Part shown: positions 27,652 to 42,099 of the stretch, in pieces
Layout: each line of letters starts with the position of its first letter
Position numbering within the stretch: position 1 is the stretch's first letter
Position numbers and translations under genes: made by a program
The notes under the pieces: generated by a model
Database searches by the model: none
Seen by the model: only the letters and a program-made list of their open reading frames with translations
What the model was told of the DNA's origin: nothing
Origin: the human T2T-CHM13v2.0 reference genome, Homo sapiens
DNA: 64,000 nucleotides
Strand: one strand, 5' to 3'
NCBI RefSeq assembly: GCF_009914755.1
Contig: NC_060939.1

Positions 27652-29886
27652 TAGGATGTTAAGGTTATTTTAATTGTGAGAAACACTCTCCCTACAATGC
27701 AAAATGCCACTGGCATTTCTTTGTCTCCCTCTCACCTTTTTACCTACCTTTTACCAACAGAAACACACATATTCACGGAACATACACAAACACACACAGT
27801 ACATACACACACACACATGCACACTCACACACTTCCTGGCTAGTTATCTTCTGGAAGTGGTCTTCCATACCTTTCATACATTGAATTATTTGTTGCAGGG
27901 TTGGGAAGGATTATGAATCAGAACTCTGGCTTCCCTGAAAAAAAAAAAACCAGCATCTAGGAAGCTGATGATTAGCTACACAGTTTTCTCTTATATGCAT
28001 TCATACCTGGCAAGCAACTGGAGGTGAGGAAGAGATGAACAGCAAGAGTCAGGATTATAGTGGGAGACATGGTCTTAGGTGCTCAAACACATCTGAATGG
28101 GTCATTGTATTGCAGTTTTATAAATCCAGTTGTTTTGAAAATTTCCCCTAGGTCCTAGCCATGGTTATTGATTGGTTTTACTTTTTAGCGAGCATGGAAG
28201 TATTCATAATTTTCTGTGTTCACTTATGCGTTTTCAGTGTAAAATTGAGACATGATACATTAGGAACTCCTATCCAGATGTTATTTTAAAACCATGAGCT
28301 GAATTGAACATGTCAGAACTAAAATGGCATACAGAGAAAGGAAATTTAGACTTATTAAACAAATACATTATCAGTAAAGTAAGTAAATAACTATTCCTGC
28401 CAATAATACATTTTAAATTGATCAAATATTTAGGATGTTTTTACTTCCTGTCAAAATATAAACTAAGTGAACATGTTTTCACTTTATCTTCATGACCTAT
28501 CACTTGGGCCCATCTCCTTAGTAAATAATAAGGAGATGAAGGCAAATTCAGAAAAGCTAAGGAAAAAAGAGCTTAGTTGAAATCTACCAAAAAGAGAAAT
28601 TCCTACAGTTTGTTTTTGTATGCTGTAAATCATTGATAGAAATCAATTTCCTCCCACAAAAAAGGATCTCAATTACAGGTTACATTTAAATAAGTAATGA
28701 GAAAATGTACCATAAATTTCAAGAGGTAAAATCCACAAAGATTTGAGTGTTTTAATAAAAAACTATAAGTAATGATTTTGTAATAAAAGTTATAAGATTC
28801 TGAGACATACTTGAAACTGATTATTTATGAGTGGTTAATTTGAACTATTATGGATGAATTTTTTTTTTGTTTTATCAACAATTCTTAGCAAAAAAATTTA
28901 CTGACACAATCAGGGCCTTTTATTTTAATACAGAAAAAAAAATGAGTAAGATGCAGCAGTGACTTTTCCCCATTGGAAGCTATAAACCAGCAAAGCTGTA
29001 GGCCAAGTCCAATGTTGATTAGTCTGATTGATGATCCACTTCATTCCCAGTAAGACCTAGAAGAAAATGAAGAAATGGAAATGGCAAAGAAACTGGATAC
29101 AATCTTTACATTCTTTCATCCATTTATCTATTCATCTATTCATCCATCTATGGTTCTAAGCAAACAAGATTGAGCAAGGATACAAAATTTCAATAAGTTA
29201 CCATTTCTGGTCTCAGGTTATTTAGTAGGAAAGAGGTGAGAGGTAAGGCTATGTAGTGGAAAGACACAGAACCAAGATTAGACTTCATGCCTCACCGCTT
29301 CTACCACAATCATCACTGCTACCACCCAAGTGTCCAAGCTGCCCTGTCCCTTGTTCTACTGCAGTAGCCTTCTGCATCTCCTTCTGCCTCCACTTTCTCA
29401 TCCCTGTCTTCTGTTCACCAGATAGCAACCGAAGTCATGTTTTACAGATGTAAATCAGACCAAAATCATGCAGTTTTATTCCATAACTCTTAGAGGAAAA
29501 TGTCTCAGTCATGGGTTACAAGATCCTATGTGACCTAGTCCGGGTTTCTCTCTGAACCCAGATCTCAACACTCCCCTGAACTCACTTTGCTTCAGTCACA
29601 CTGGCCTCCTTGCATCTCTTTGAGCTTGTCAAGCACACTTTTTTGCTTGAGGGCCATTTCACTGTCTGTATTCTCCACCAGGAATGCTCTTCCAGAAGAT
29701 GGCTCTGTGGTTTGCTTTTTGACTTCATTCAGTTCTGCTCTCTTGTCATCTCATGAGCCACCTTCCGTGAGCACCCTATCAAAAAAGGCACTCCAGGCCC
29801 ACTTCCTCCCCTTACATTACATTATATATTTTTTTTCCAGAACACATACCTCACATTATACTTCACATTATATTGAATGGCATTTA

Positions 29887-30347
<461 letters not shown>

Positions 30348-30832
30348 AGAACATAGCACCTGGTTCATAGTAGAATAGTCAATAAATATATGTTGTATAA
30401 AGGAATGAAATCCACATTTTAGTCCTTAGTTCTAATTCTCACAGATATACTTTGTACTATATTTATTTATAGGATTATGGGTAAATATGCAAAGTAAGTG
30501 AAACTTATCTTTTTTAATACACTTAGTCAATGATTTGTCAATTAATGCCAAGAGCTTTGGACACCTATCTTTTATCATTATGATCCAGCCTGTTGGCTGT
30601 CTCTTTTTTAAAAATACCCTTTCTCTTTCCATCCCATTCTTTTTCTTTATAACTATCCATCTCTATTTCCAACATCAGATTATGTGGATCTACCTGTATA
30701 CTGCTTCCTAATTTTTCAGGTCTATGGCTTGGACAAGTCATGCAGCATTCTTCCAAGTCATATCATGGAGTGACTCTTCCTCTAAACATGCCAGTATGGC
30801 TTTAGATCTAGACCAGAACTAGATATAAGCCA

Positions 30833-31032
30833 AGATTCAAGTAGGTCAATCAGAGAGTATATCTAAGAGGAATGTCCAACTGGAACATACCTCATAGATC
30901 AAGGCCAGAATTCTAAGTGGATCAATCAGAGAGTATATCTATGAGGAATGTCCAACCAGAACATACTCATAGATCTAGGCCAGAATTCTACGTAGATCAA
31001 TCAGAGAGTGTATCTATGAGGTATGTCCAACC
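30833..31032 (+). repeat. 75-bp tandem repeat, ~2.7 copies
   Basis: Unit agaattct..gt.gatcaatcagagagtatatctatgaggaatgtccaacc.gaacatactcatagatct.ggcc starting at about 30833, 30907 and 30982. Confidence 0.9.
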
Positions 31033-31354
31033 TCACATCATTCCTGGTTTAATGAACCCAGGGATCCTGGATTCATTCCGGGTTTCTGCTGAGGAATTGT
31101 TTGTGACTATGAGCAGAACTACCAACTGCTACTCCTCTCAAGAATAAAGCTTCCTTTGGCATGAGTTTCAGTGGTCATAAAGTAAGGCACTATTTCTTTA
31201 ATTTTCTTTGCTTTTTTTCCTGGTATTTTGCTAAGATTTAATAACAGAAATGTGTCATGAAAGAAACTTCTATATCTTTTTTCTTACCCTACAAAAATTA
31301 ACTATATTTGTTCCTCCAAAGTCATTGATTCTAAAGAAAGTTTATTACCATAAT

Positions 31355-31673
31355 GGCCAGGCACAGTGGCTCACACCTGTAATCCCAGCACTGTGGGAGG
31401 CTAAGGCGAGTGGATTACTTGAGGTCAGGAGTTTGGGACCAGCCTGGCCAACATAATGAAACACCATCTCTACTAGCAATACAAAAGTTAGCCAGGTGTA
31501 GTGACACTCACCTGTAATCTCAATGACTTGGTAGGCTGAGGCAGGATAATTGCTTGACCTCAGGAGGTGGAGGTTGCCATGAGCCAAGATTGTGCCACTG
31601 CACTCCAGCCTGGGCAACAGAGCAAGATTCCATCTCAAAAAAAAAAAAAAAAAAAAAAAGACAGAGAGAGAGA
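31355..31673 (+). mobile_element. Alu (old S/J)
   Basis: Full dimer, A-tail, TSD aaagaaa...attaccataat. Confidence 0.92.
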
Positions 31674-34600
31674 AAAGAAATTTGATTACCATAATTTACA
31701 ATTGTGACTAATCTTTCCTTTTTTCCTATTTTCCTCTCTAGAGGATTCACATTGGTCCAGATGATTTTTCCTGACATATTACGTATAGTCATTTATTTTT
31801 TCATTTTTATTACTCTAACCTTTAACCTTGTTAACACTATAGCTTACTTTTGGCAGCCAGGATTTTGATGATTTCTTGCCTCCAAAGATATCCCAACATT
31901 ATAAGATCTTTATAAAGTTTCTCTAAAATGGAAAATGGCAACTCATCCTACCTTATTTTTTCAACTTCTAATTACATGGCTTACCATTCTTAGCATATAA
32001 AAAAGAACTCATGATCCCATCTAAATATTGTTAATGTGAAGTTATAATTACCTTGGAAATGCTTACGTGTGTTTTGTATCTATCATAGTCTGTCATAGTT
32101 TAGAACCAACGTTTCCTGGTGATAAAATTTTGTGTTTGTGAGCACACAATAGCTAGTAAAACATTATACATACTGAGTCCTAATACAGGCTTTTTATTTC
32201 ATATTGTTTCCAGACCATTCATATTACCACCTATTAGAGCTAGAGCAGTCTGCCAAACATGGAGAGGGATAATTAAAATAGTCTTAATGAAATTATATGT
32301 TACAAACTATAGGATAAAGCAGTGTTTATGCAATAAAATGATGTCACAAAGTAAGGACTGAAAAACAACACTGTGATGATAGCAGCAAATTTTCCTTTGG
32401 CATGAGAATAGGTCAAGAATATACCATTCCTATTATGTAAACCAAAACATAATTGTACACTATACAGAAAAAAACTCATGAATAAACACTGACTTTCTGA
32501 AGAAAATATATTATTTTCAAGTGAATGCTTGTAAGCACCATTTAAAGGAAAATAGTCACATTCTTCCCAATTGCCAAGCCTTTTCCTTGTACAGTTTTAA
32601 TGAACCATTTTTATTCTGGTAGTAAAATATTCACATTTCTCATTGAAATTCAAAGATTAAATTTTGTACAAAATTATACTGCAGTTTGGAAAACTAATTA
32701 AATGTTTTATTTTGTAAATGTAATGAGCTAGTTAAATCTTTGTTGCCAAAATTAAAAATGTAGGAGGATTGATGGCTAAATAAATTCTAAGAGTCATTCA
32801 CATCAGTTGAGATTGATGCCATTTTGTCAACGCAGTCTACCACTAAGCAGAAGATAATTTGAGTAGAAATAAAGGTAATTTGAACTATATTTTTGAATTT
32901 GATATGACAATATCTTACATTGATTATTTGGTAGGCATTAGTTAGGATATAATTGTAGTTTATTTTAAATATCTCCTGTATAATATGTGATTACTCATTA
33001 TGGAAGGCATATATGAACACATAAGAAAAACAGGCACTTGGATTTTGGAACAATAACAGCTCACTTTTTATAGAATCATTTAAGAGGCATTAACTACCCA
33101 GAATGTAACTGAGAGACCACAAATATGAAACAAGGATGACAGGAAGGTAAAATATGTATTAGATTATCCACAAAGCCTATGTATTTTACTTGTATGATTA
33201 CTCCCCATTCAAAGCCTGTATACTTTTATCTTAGCATGAACTTAACAAATTTGATTAACTGGTTTTCTGTGCAGTGGTGCATCAATTCATAGTGGAGTCA
33301 GCTAGAGTTACACTGATACAGTTCCAACAGGGCAAGGAGACAGCCTCAATGTATGTGTGTATATATACATCTATATGTATGTATATGTATGCAAGAAGAA
33401 AGAAGCAGGAAATTAGAAAGCAGAGCACTCTGGAGGATAATTAATAAGTGGGTATTAAGCTTGGAAAATCTTGTTGTGATGTAGCAGAGCCCCAAATTCA
33501 ATCATACAGCAAGGAAGGCTGGAAAATGTAGTCTGGTTGTGTACCTGAGAGGAAAAGGACATAGTTTGGTAACCAGTTAGTTAAACCTGCCACAAATACT
33601 GGGGTTCATGATGATTTCTGTACTACAAGTCACTGCAAACAAACCAACAAAATCTTATGTTTAGTATTTGCCACTTAAGGGCAAACATCACAGGTAGATC
33701 TCATTATATAGAAGCATATCATTTCTTTTCCTTTTTGTTTGTACTGTCCTCAAGATCAGACTTGTATCACCAATTAACTCAATATATTGAAAATCTTTTA
33801 TTATATCAGCTGAAGTGCATAATGCATGAAAAAACCCAATTACTCTTTTGTTGAACTGGCAGAATGGGCAAACAGATACTGAGCTCCCCTGTTTCTGTCC
33901 ACGGAGAACAATAAATATCAGCTGATAGTGCATGAGAGAAATATAGCATAAAGGGATAAAGATTAATTCCCATGGGTTTAGAAGCAACTTTGTAAGGAGG
34001 AAACTATTAGTAATTTTTCTAATGTTTTTTCCCAGCAAAGAGGCTGGTAAAACCCTGATACTTAGAGTTATCATAGCAGGTACACTCTTAGGAACTAGAA
34101 TGAGTAGTCTCTAGATAAGAATAAAACTAGTTTTAATTCTTTAGAAAGATTTAGGTATCTTTCCTATCTCCTTTCCCATATCCATCCTCAACGGGAAGAC
34201 TTGTGAAGTGAAGAAGTGGTCTGCCTATGTGTGGCTGCAGTAAAGTAGACAGAAGTGTTTCTTTTGTGGGAACAACAGGAATGAAGAGACTGCAGGAATG
34301 TAGGGAGTTTGCAGAGTCCAGGAGGATGAATTGGAGGAGATCTATAAGTTCTGAGCAGAGCAGCCAGAGAAGGAGGAAGAAACAACTCGAATTGAAGAAC
34401 AAATGGGTTAAGCAAATGAACTGAAGGTCTTGTCTGAAAAACTGACCAGAATGCGGCCTACTGCTGGCTTTTACCTGCTTTCCAAAGTGTAGAGGCTACT
34501 GCATTGCAAGGGACAGGGATTGGGAAACTTTTTTTTTTTTTTAATGGCATGGCATAAATTCAACATTCACCCAGACTTACCACCAAAATATTTAAAAACA

Positions 34601-35590
34601 TGAGTAGAGAGACAGGAAAAAGCTCAAGGTTTTAATTGGAAACATAGTTACATAATTTTGCGGACATGCACACATCTTAAATAGTATCCCATTTAAGTAA
34701 GAAAAATGTCTTGTTTTATGTTTCTTTTGACATAAATTCCTCTCTCCCACTAAATACCACTATCGGCAGATCATTTCATTATTAAGTTGTTCACTTAAAG
34801 CACAAAGTACAGCTAAATTCATCTCCTCCAGGAGACCACAACATCCTGTACCTGTCGAAAATCAAGGCACTTGCCATATTGTATTGAATTGAAAGTTAAC
34901 ATATCACCCTTTCTTCCTAAGCTCCATCTACTTCAGATCAATGTGTTTATATTTATATTTCCAATGCCTCACATGCAACCTGGGGCAAGAGACACACCCA
35001 GTAAACATTTTTTGGTAGTAAATGAAACTGAGTTGCTTTTTTCTTTAGCATTCTCTTCATGTACAAATGCTCTTGGAAGAAATAACACATTAATTCAGGC
35101 TCATTCCTAACATTTGCAGAGGCAAGAGCATAGATGAAGATCCACATACCATAGACCTAAATAGTTATAATTTATAAATCTAACTAATAAACTGTTAAAT
35201 AAAACATATCCTAACTTCCTACCAAAGGAAAAAAAAACCTTCATATCAACATGATAAAAGTTGTACGTAATAGCAGTTATATTTTAAGATGCTAAAAGCT
35301 GGAAAAATGCAAAAGTTAAAATGTAATTATCAATATGCATATTTGAGTGTTGTGCTTAGATTGGTAATATTTTTGTTTTTAAATAAATGTATGCATAAAT
35401 CAGTATATTTTTTCAGAAAATATACTTTCTCACCTTTATTTTAGCAAAATCACTAATTTGTTCTTATAATAAAAATTTTCAAATATTTTGCATTTGGCTT
35501 AATGTGGTGCCAAACAAACAATACCTTTCCTAAGTCACATGATATCTGCTTGCTTTCATTATTTTCTGTTTTTAAAATTTAGGCACACCT

Positions 35591-35873
35591 GGCCGGGCAC
35601 GGTGGCTCACGCTTGTAATCCCAGTACTTTGGGAGGCCGAGGCGGGGGGATCACGAGGTCAGGAGATCCAGACCATGGTGAAACCCCGTCTCTACTAAAA
35701 ATACAAAAAATTAGCCGGGCGTGGTAGCGGGCGCCTGTAAGTCCCAGCTATTCGGAGAGGCTGAGGCAGGAGAATGGTGTCAACCCGGGAGGCGGAGCTT
35801 GTAGTAAGCCGAGATCACACCACTGCACTCCAGCCTGGGCGACAAAGCGAGACTCCATCTCAAAAAAAAAAAA
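35591..35873 (+). mobile_element. AluY with a 12-nt left-arm deletion (AluYd-like)
   Basis: CpG-rich with Y diagnostics (gagaatgg, gcggagcttg). Reads gaccatggtgaaaccc, lacking cctggctaacac. TSD aatttaggcaca(c/g)ct. Confidence 0.88.
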
Positions 35874-38028
35874 ACAATTTAGGCACAGCTTCACTTTGAA
35901 ATGTTTTCTCTCTTTTTGCTTTTCAGCCTTTACTTTTTCTACTCATATATTTTCTTTTTCTACCTAATCAGAGTTTACACAGCTTGTTAATATTTAAAGG
36001 ATTAAAAAATAAAAGGTTGCCGTATTCCAAACACACATTTGAGTCTATAGTTTATACAAAGGTTCAATTTAAACTTTCAAATACAAAAATTAAAACAAAA
36101 TTATCTCTATATGTGTTCTCAGATACAGTTTATATATAGTTTTCAGAAGGTTTTTTCTAAAGTACCCAAAATATTTATTTAAATGAAAACAAAATACAAA
36201 TTATTAATATTAGATATAAATTTCTAAGGTAAATCATTTGAATACAGCTAAAATTTAGTTAAACCTCATGTATCTAGATTTTAAAAATAAAAACTATTGA
36301 CCATTTTAACATTAAATGGCCATCTAGTTGGCAAAGAAGTATCAGGCTTCATGTATATTAACATAGAAATTTACATGCACAAATTTAAACATAATATGAA
36401 TTATTTAATACTTAACATAGTTCTCAGCCATTATGTACACCTGTTTTGATTAATGGTACTGCAGTGATTTATGAGTATCTTCAGACACATACAGTTGAAC
36501 CAAAGGAAAGTAAGCAAGTGGGTGCTTGTTAATGATGCTTTATTATGCAATAATCTGCTGCATTTCTGCTATCCAAAGGAAGAATTTGGCAAGTTAATTA
36601 GTTTGCCCCTTCTCTTACCTCAGTGCTTCCAGAGCACAAATTTCTCCCCACACTCCAAAGCAGTATCTTTCTGTTGTCAGCAATGGTACAACCCGCAAAC
36701 CTTGGTAGCATTTGGACATTGTCACCTTTTGATTCTAGGACACAGGAGGAAAAATGTTCCAAAATGTTTCTCTGGGTCTTAGAGGGTGTTAATCATAAGA
36801 GTAGGTGGTGTTACTCACAAGAGGAAATATTTAGTATTCTGGCTTGTTCTGTGCCAGCACCAAGTGTAAGATCCCAAGTGATAGAGGAGCCCAAGAGCTA
36901 TTTAATGATGAGTCTATATTTGTGATAAGTTGAACCTTCTAAATTCATCAGTCCCCGAGCGAAGGTCTCCATGATCTGGGTTTCAGGGTAGTATTGTGTG
37001 AAATTTCTACCTGAGTTTATCAAGTAAATGTTTTCTCTTAAAGAGCACAGGGATATTAGACATCTGAAGAAAGACGTTAGGGGAGAGCTTACACTGAATG
37101 GTGAAAACAGTGAAATGAATTTGGAGGAACCTAAAGCAAAATATCATCTTGACTAAAATCTTGTTTGGGAGTTTGGCCTAGAAGTATTAGTTTATTACTC
37201 TTGTTTCTATGTGAGTACATGTCTTTATGTTCCCCTCCCTCCCTTCCTGCCTCTCTCCCTCACTCTCTCCTCTCTCTCTCTTTCTGTCTGCTCTACAACT
37301 TGTCTTGAATTAATCATTGTTCAGATAATTTGGAAATGTTTGACCTGGGGTTGAGTTCTCTCTTATGTTCACGATTGGGATTTTAGTCCCTCTATATTCC
37401 GGTTTTGAAAAGCAGGGATGCCTTTAATTTGTTTATAACAACCTAATTCTTCAAATAGTGTTTTAAGAATTTAGCTTGGAATGTAAAGTATAGGATGTTT
37501 CTGCTATAAATCAAAGTCCTTAGGAGACTCACAGACCTCAAGCAGAATTTCTCAGAGGGCACATTCAACCTGGATATAGCTAGGTATATTTTAGGTTTCA
37601 TTATGTTTACAGTTGTAGTGAAAACTGGCCAAATATTATTAAGGAGGGAAAAATAGCATAGATAAACATTCTCAGTAACATTATTATTTGTCTCTATTCC
37701 CCAGCCCTGTATGTCCAGGTCACAATAGCTTAACAACTGTGATAAGCTATATTTTTTGAGCAAGAGAGAAAAAAATGCCACATATTAGGAAATCCTGCTA
37801 AGAATGTATCAAAAAAGCCAAGGGGTGCAAGATAACTTTAGGTAAACCTACAGAATGAAGAAGAAATCATGTGCCTCATAAGTTAGAGATATTTTCTCTC
37901 CTTTTCAACTATTTTAATGCTTTAGGGGGTAAATAACTAGGCCAGAAATGTGATCTACTCACTTCATATCTCCAATATTGATTAATCAATGATTATAGCT
38001 CCTGACTCATGTTTTATGCATGCTTAGA

Positions 38029-38112
38029 ACAACATGGCACATGTATACATACGTAACAAACCTGCACGTTGTGCACATGTACCCTAAACCTTAAAGAATA
38101 ATTTTAAAAAAA
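38029..38112 (+). mobile_element. Very short L1PA 3' end fragment
   Basis: catggcacatgtatacat.cgtaacaaacctgcacgttgtgcacatgtacccta followed by an A-rich tail. Confidence 0.85.
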
Positions 38113-38477
38113 GAATTTTAATTCTCTCTGTCACTTTGCATCAAGCTAAAAGCAGTAAAAATATGAAAATTTGCAGATAAACAGAAATTTTAGTATGTTA
38201 TTACTCTGTAACTACATCTGACTTTTCACATTTTTCAGTAAGCTGGATTAGAACATTGAAGTTATTTTGCATTACTGCTTGACCTATTCTATGTGGGACT
38301 TATAATTATTTCTGCATTTTATAAAATTTTAGGTCAGCTTTTAGCAATTCATTATACCTTTACATCTAATATACTATTTTCTTCCTTTTAGAAATTCTAT
38401 TAATAAAAATAGATTGGAACATAGCAGCATTGTTGGCAAACCAAGCTTTATTAAATATTTAATTTTATCTGTTATAG

Positions 38478-38604
38478 AACATGAAAATCAGCGGTTATGC
38501 AAGAGCACCGATTATATGAATTTGCATTTCAAAGTTAAATGGTTTTATAATGAATATGTGCGTGAACTTCCTGCCTTCAAGGATGCTGTTCCTGAATACT
38601 CCTT
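38478..38604 (+). CDS. UNC13C: UNC13C (Munc13-3) internal coding exon A, 127 nt, phase 1 to 2; MUN/MHD1 region
   Basis: Acceptor ttttatctgttatag|AA, donor CCTT|gtaagt. Encodes (E)[41 protein letters not shown](L), recognisably Munc13 family ([20 protein letters not shown]). The specific residues match Munc13-3 as I recall it. Confidence 0.95.
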
Positions 38605-39789
38605 GTAAGTAGTGATTTTAACACACACACCCTCAGATCTAAATTCACATTCCTGTAAAATTACACCTGAATTGTGTACCACTAAAATCTCTTCACATAA
38701 TCTTCATTGGAATGCAGAAATTTCCATTATGAAGTTAACATTAAAGGATTTGCATGTCTTTGGGAACCATATTTAATTGAATTGTGTTGCATATTTCAAA
38801 TACGCCCTACCTGGATATTCAACTCAAAGACAAAAAATGCATAATAAGACATGGCTCATGTGATAACATGAATGATTTTCTGTAAAAATACCAGAACACA
38901 GATTTTTTTGGGGAAAGTATGGTGCTTGTATATTGACCTATATATTCAGATTTTCCTTTCTATTCAAACTTGTAACTCTCTTAGGAATTCATATTTCTAA
39001 AAATAGAAATAGTGGTTTAACAGGGAACTTTCTCATAAATATGCCTCTTTCAAACACATTTTAATCACACAAGGACTCATGTAATAATTTGCATTTGATA
39101 TGTATTAGAATTCTGTTTTATTCTATTGATGGGGTCTTCCCTATGGCAGGCACTTTCCAAGTGCTGTAGAGCAATAGAAAATAAAGACCCCCACCCTGAA
39201 AGGAACTTATACTCTAGGAGATGCTGATAAGCTTAAATATCATTATAAAGCAAGGCAAAGTGAAATATGTGCTAATTTAAGGAGCATAAGCAAAGCGCAA
39301 TAGGGTTTCACAGAAGAGAGAAATTACCTCTATTTGGGGAACTCCACACAATATTTATAGATGGGATAGCATTTGATGTAGACTTTATAAAATTTGCCAG
39401 GTTACAGAAAGAAAAGGGAGAAAAAGCATTAAGATGAAAATGAAAGTTATGAGCATAATTATGGAGGTAAGAATATATGAGCTATCATCCATAGGAAGTA
39501 AGGCATATTTCCATTTTTATAAAATTAATAGAAAGTAATATTTTAAAAAAATAATGTAGGAAAAGTAGTTTTGAGCTAGATTGTTATAAATAAATATTGT
39601 GAAGCTTGTACCACATTCATCAGGCATTGTGGGAGTTGGAAGAGACAAGGAATGGGGGGCAGAGAAGAGATTTAGAAGGTAATGAGTGATTTAGAGATGA
39701 AATTAGAACAGCCCTTTAACACAACTTTTCTCATACAAAGTATATAAGAAGTAAGGGGACAGTGGGATAACTTAAAAATGCCGTACTAT

Positions 39790-40100
39790 GGGGTATAGGG
39801 TGTTGGGGAGATTTTGGTCAAAAGATACAACATTTTAGTTAAGTAGGAGGAATGAGTTCAAGAGATCTATTATACAACATGGTGACTGTAATTAGTGTAT
39901 CATACTCTGAAAAGTTGCTAAGAGAACATATTTTACATGTTCTCACCATAAAAATGATAAGTATGTGAAGTAATGCATTTGTTAATTATTTTAGTTTAGC
40001 CATTCCACAATATATACATATTTCAAAACAACATGTTATACTTGGTAAATACATACAACTTCTTTTGTCAAATAAAACATACTTAAAATAAATACAATAA
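39790..40100 (+). mobile_element. L1MA 3'UTR fragment
   Basis: aggaggaatgagttcaagagatctattatacaacatggtgact...gccattccacaat. Confidence 0.7.
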
Positions 40101-40254
40101 AATTATAGTCTTTATGTTAAATAAAGGCCATACTGAAAATATAGAGTGATTGCAGCAAGTATGTAAAGGGTGAAGATGTGGGAGAGAAATTTTGAAGATA
40201 GAATTTACAGAATTTGTCAACTAAAGACATATGGGGTTAAAAGAAAGAGGAAAG

Positions 40255-40869
40255 GTGAAGATTCCTTAAAGAACTAAAAGTAGATCTACCATTTAATCCA
40301 GCAATCCCACTTCTGGGTATCTACCCAAAGGAAAAGAAGTCATATACAAAAAAGATCTTTGCACATGCATGTTTATAGCAGCACAATTCACAATTTCAAA
40401 AATGTGGAACCAGCCCAAATGCCCATCAATCAACAAGTGGATAAAGAAATTGTGGTGTGTGTGTTTATATATATATATATGTACACCATGGAATACTACT
40501 CAGCCATAAAAAGGAATGAAATAATGACATTCACAGCAACCTGGATGGAACTGGAGACCATTATTCTAAGTGAAGTAACTCAGGAATGGAAAACCAAACA
40601 TTATATGTTTTCACTCATAAGTGGGAGCTGAGCTATGAAGAAGCAAAGAGGCATGAGAATGATACAATGGACTTTGAGGACTTGAGGGAAAGGGAAGTTG
40701 GGGGGGAAGGATAAAAGACTACACATTGGGTACAGTAAACACTGCTTAGATAATGGGTGCACCAAAATCTCAGAAATCACCACTAAAGAACTTATTCATG
40801 TAACCAAACACCACGTGTTCCCCTCAAAACCTATTGAAATGAAAAAAATTTAAAAATAGAAAAATAAAC
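40255..40869 (+). mobile_element. 5'-truncated L1PB-type 3' end
   Basis: ORF2 C-terminus (MEYYSAIKRNE...ISGS) and a 14-bp TSD aagaaagaggaaag (40241-40254, 40870-40883). Confidence 0.88.
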
Positions 40870-42099
40870 AAGAAAGAGGAAAGAGTTAAATATGAAGTCT
40901 GTATGCCTAAGTTGTTGGTAGTATCATTGATCAGGAATAGAGAAGTAAAACAGAGGAGCTATTTGCCAGATGCTTCTGCTTCTGGCTCTGTCTAGACACT
41001 CTACGCTAAACTAAAATCAGACTAATATTTTCCCTGATGGCCAACAAAAAAGGTAAATAAAATTAAACAGCATCAGAAAGACAACAAAGGCAACCAGGAC
41101 TTGAGAATCTAAGATCCCTGAGAAAAGAAAAGTGCACTAAGGTGAGTCCTGTATTTTGTTGCATCTTCTCTCCCATGTTTTCACCCCCATACATCTGCCA
41201 ATTTGCAATACGGGGCTTGCAGAGCAAACAGCCAACAGTAGCTCAGAGTTTACAGCTGTCTCCCTGGACTGGAGAAACAATATGGGTTATGGGGCTATGA
41301 AGGCTGCTTGGATTTGTGAGACCAAGATCCCAGAGAAAAGGAAACCACAGAGATATGAGTCCAACATGCTACAGGCAGTTCCCACTGAAGGCATTTTCTG
41401 ATGCCTAATTTACCTATGTGTTGAGATTGGGGCAGAAGAAAATCAAGTAGAAAGTGGCCACTAAGAGATTGGGAACTAAGTAGATACTTTAGCAGTCTCA
41501 TAGTGCTGAAGGGACAAATGTTAGAGATCAAGGCTGGTCCCCTTTGTGCCTACTTACAGTAACAGTCTCTCCTTCTGTTGCAGCAGTAACCACCTTCTGA
41601 TGCCTAATAGCATAGATTAGTTTTATAGATTTTTATACTTTTTATAAATGGAATCATACATTGTGTACAAAAAATAAGAAAGAAGGAACATTATAAACAC
41701 TCTAGGCTTTCAGGTGAGATTTTTGAAGGTCTCTGCCCTAGAAATAATGACAAAGTGGAAATAGACCAACCTAAAACCCAACACTGTCTAGATCAAAGGT
41801 CCACAGCTTTTCATGGACAATATATAACATTCATCAAAAAATTAAAGGCTACCAGACAACAGGACTAAATAACTATCTGGAGATTATGCTTCTTCAGCAA
41901 TGAATTGAAAAACCAGACCCCAACAAACAGTAAGAACAAAGAAGTTTGAAAAATCTGAATAAAACATTTAGAGATATCTATCTATATAGGTATCTACATT
42001 TCTATATCTATATCTGATCATCCAGAGTTTCCATAATTTTTCATTGACAATGCTTACACACAAAAACACCCATATAAAATTTATAAACAAAAACAATAA

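Noticed and set aside
33657-37781. Several 60-128 aa ORFs in AT-rich intron
   Set aside because: No homology I recognise, biased composition, no supporting splice structure.
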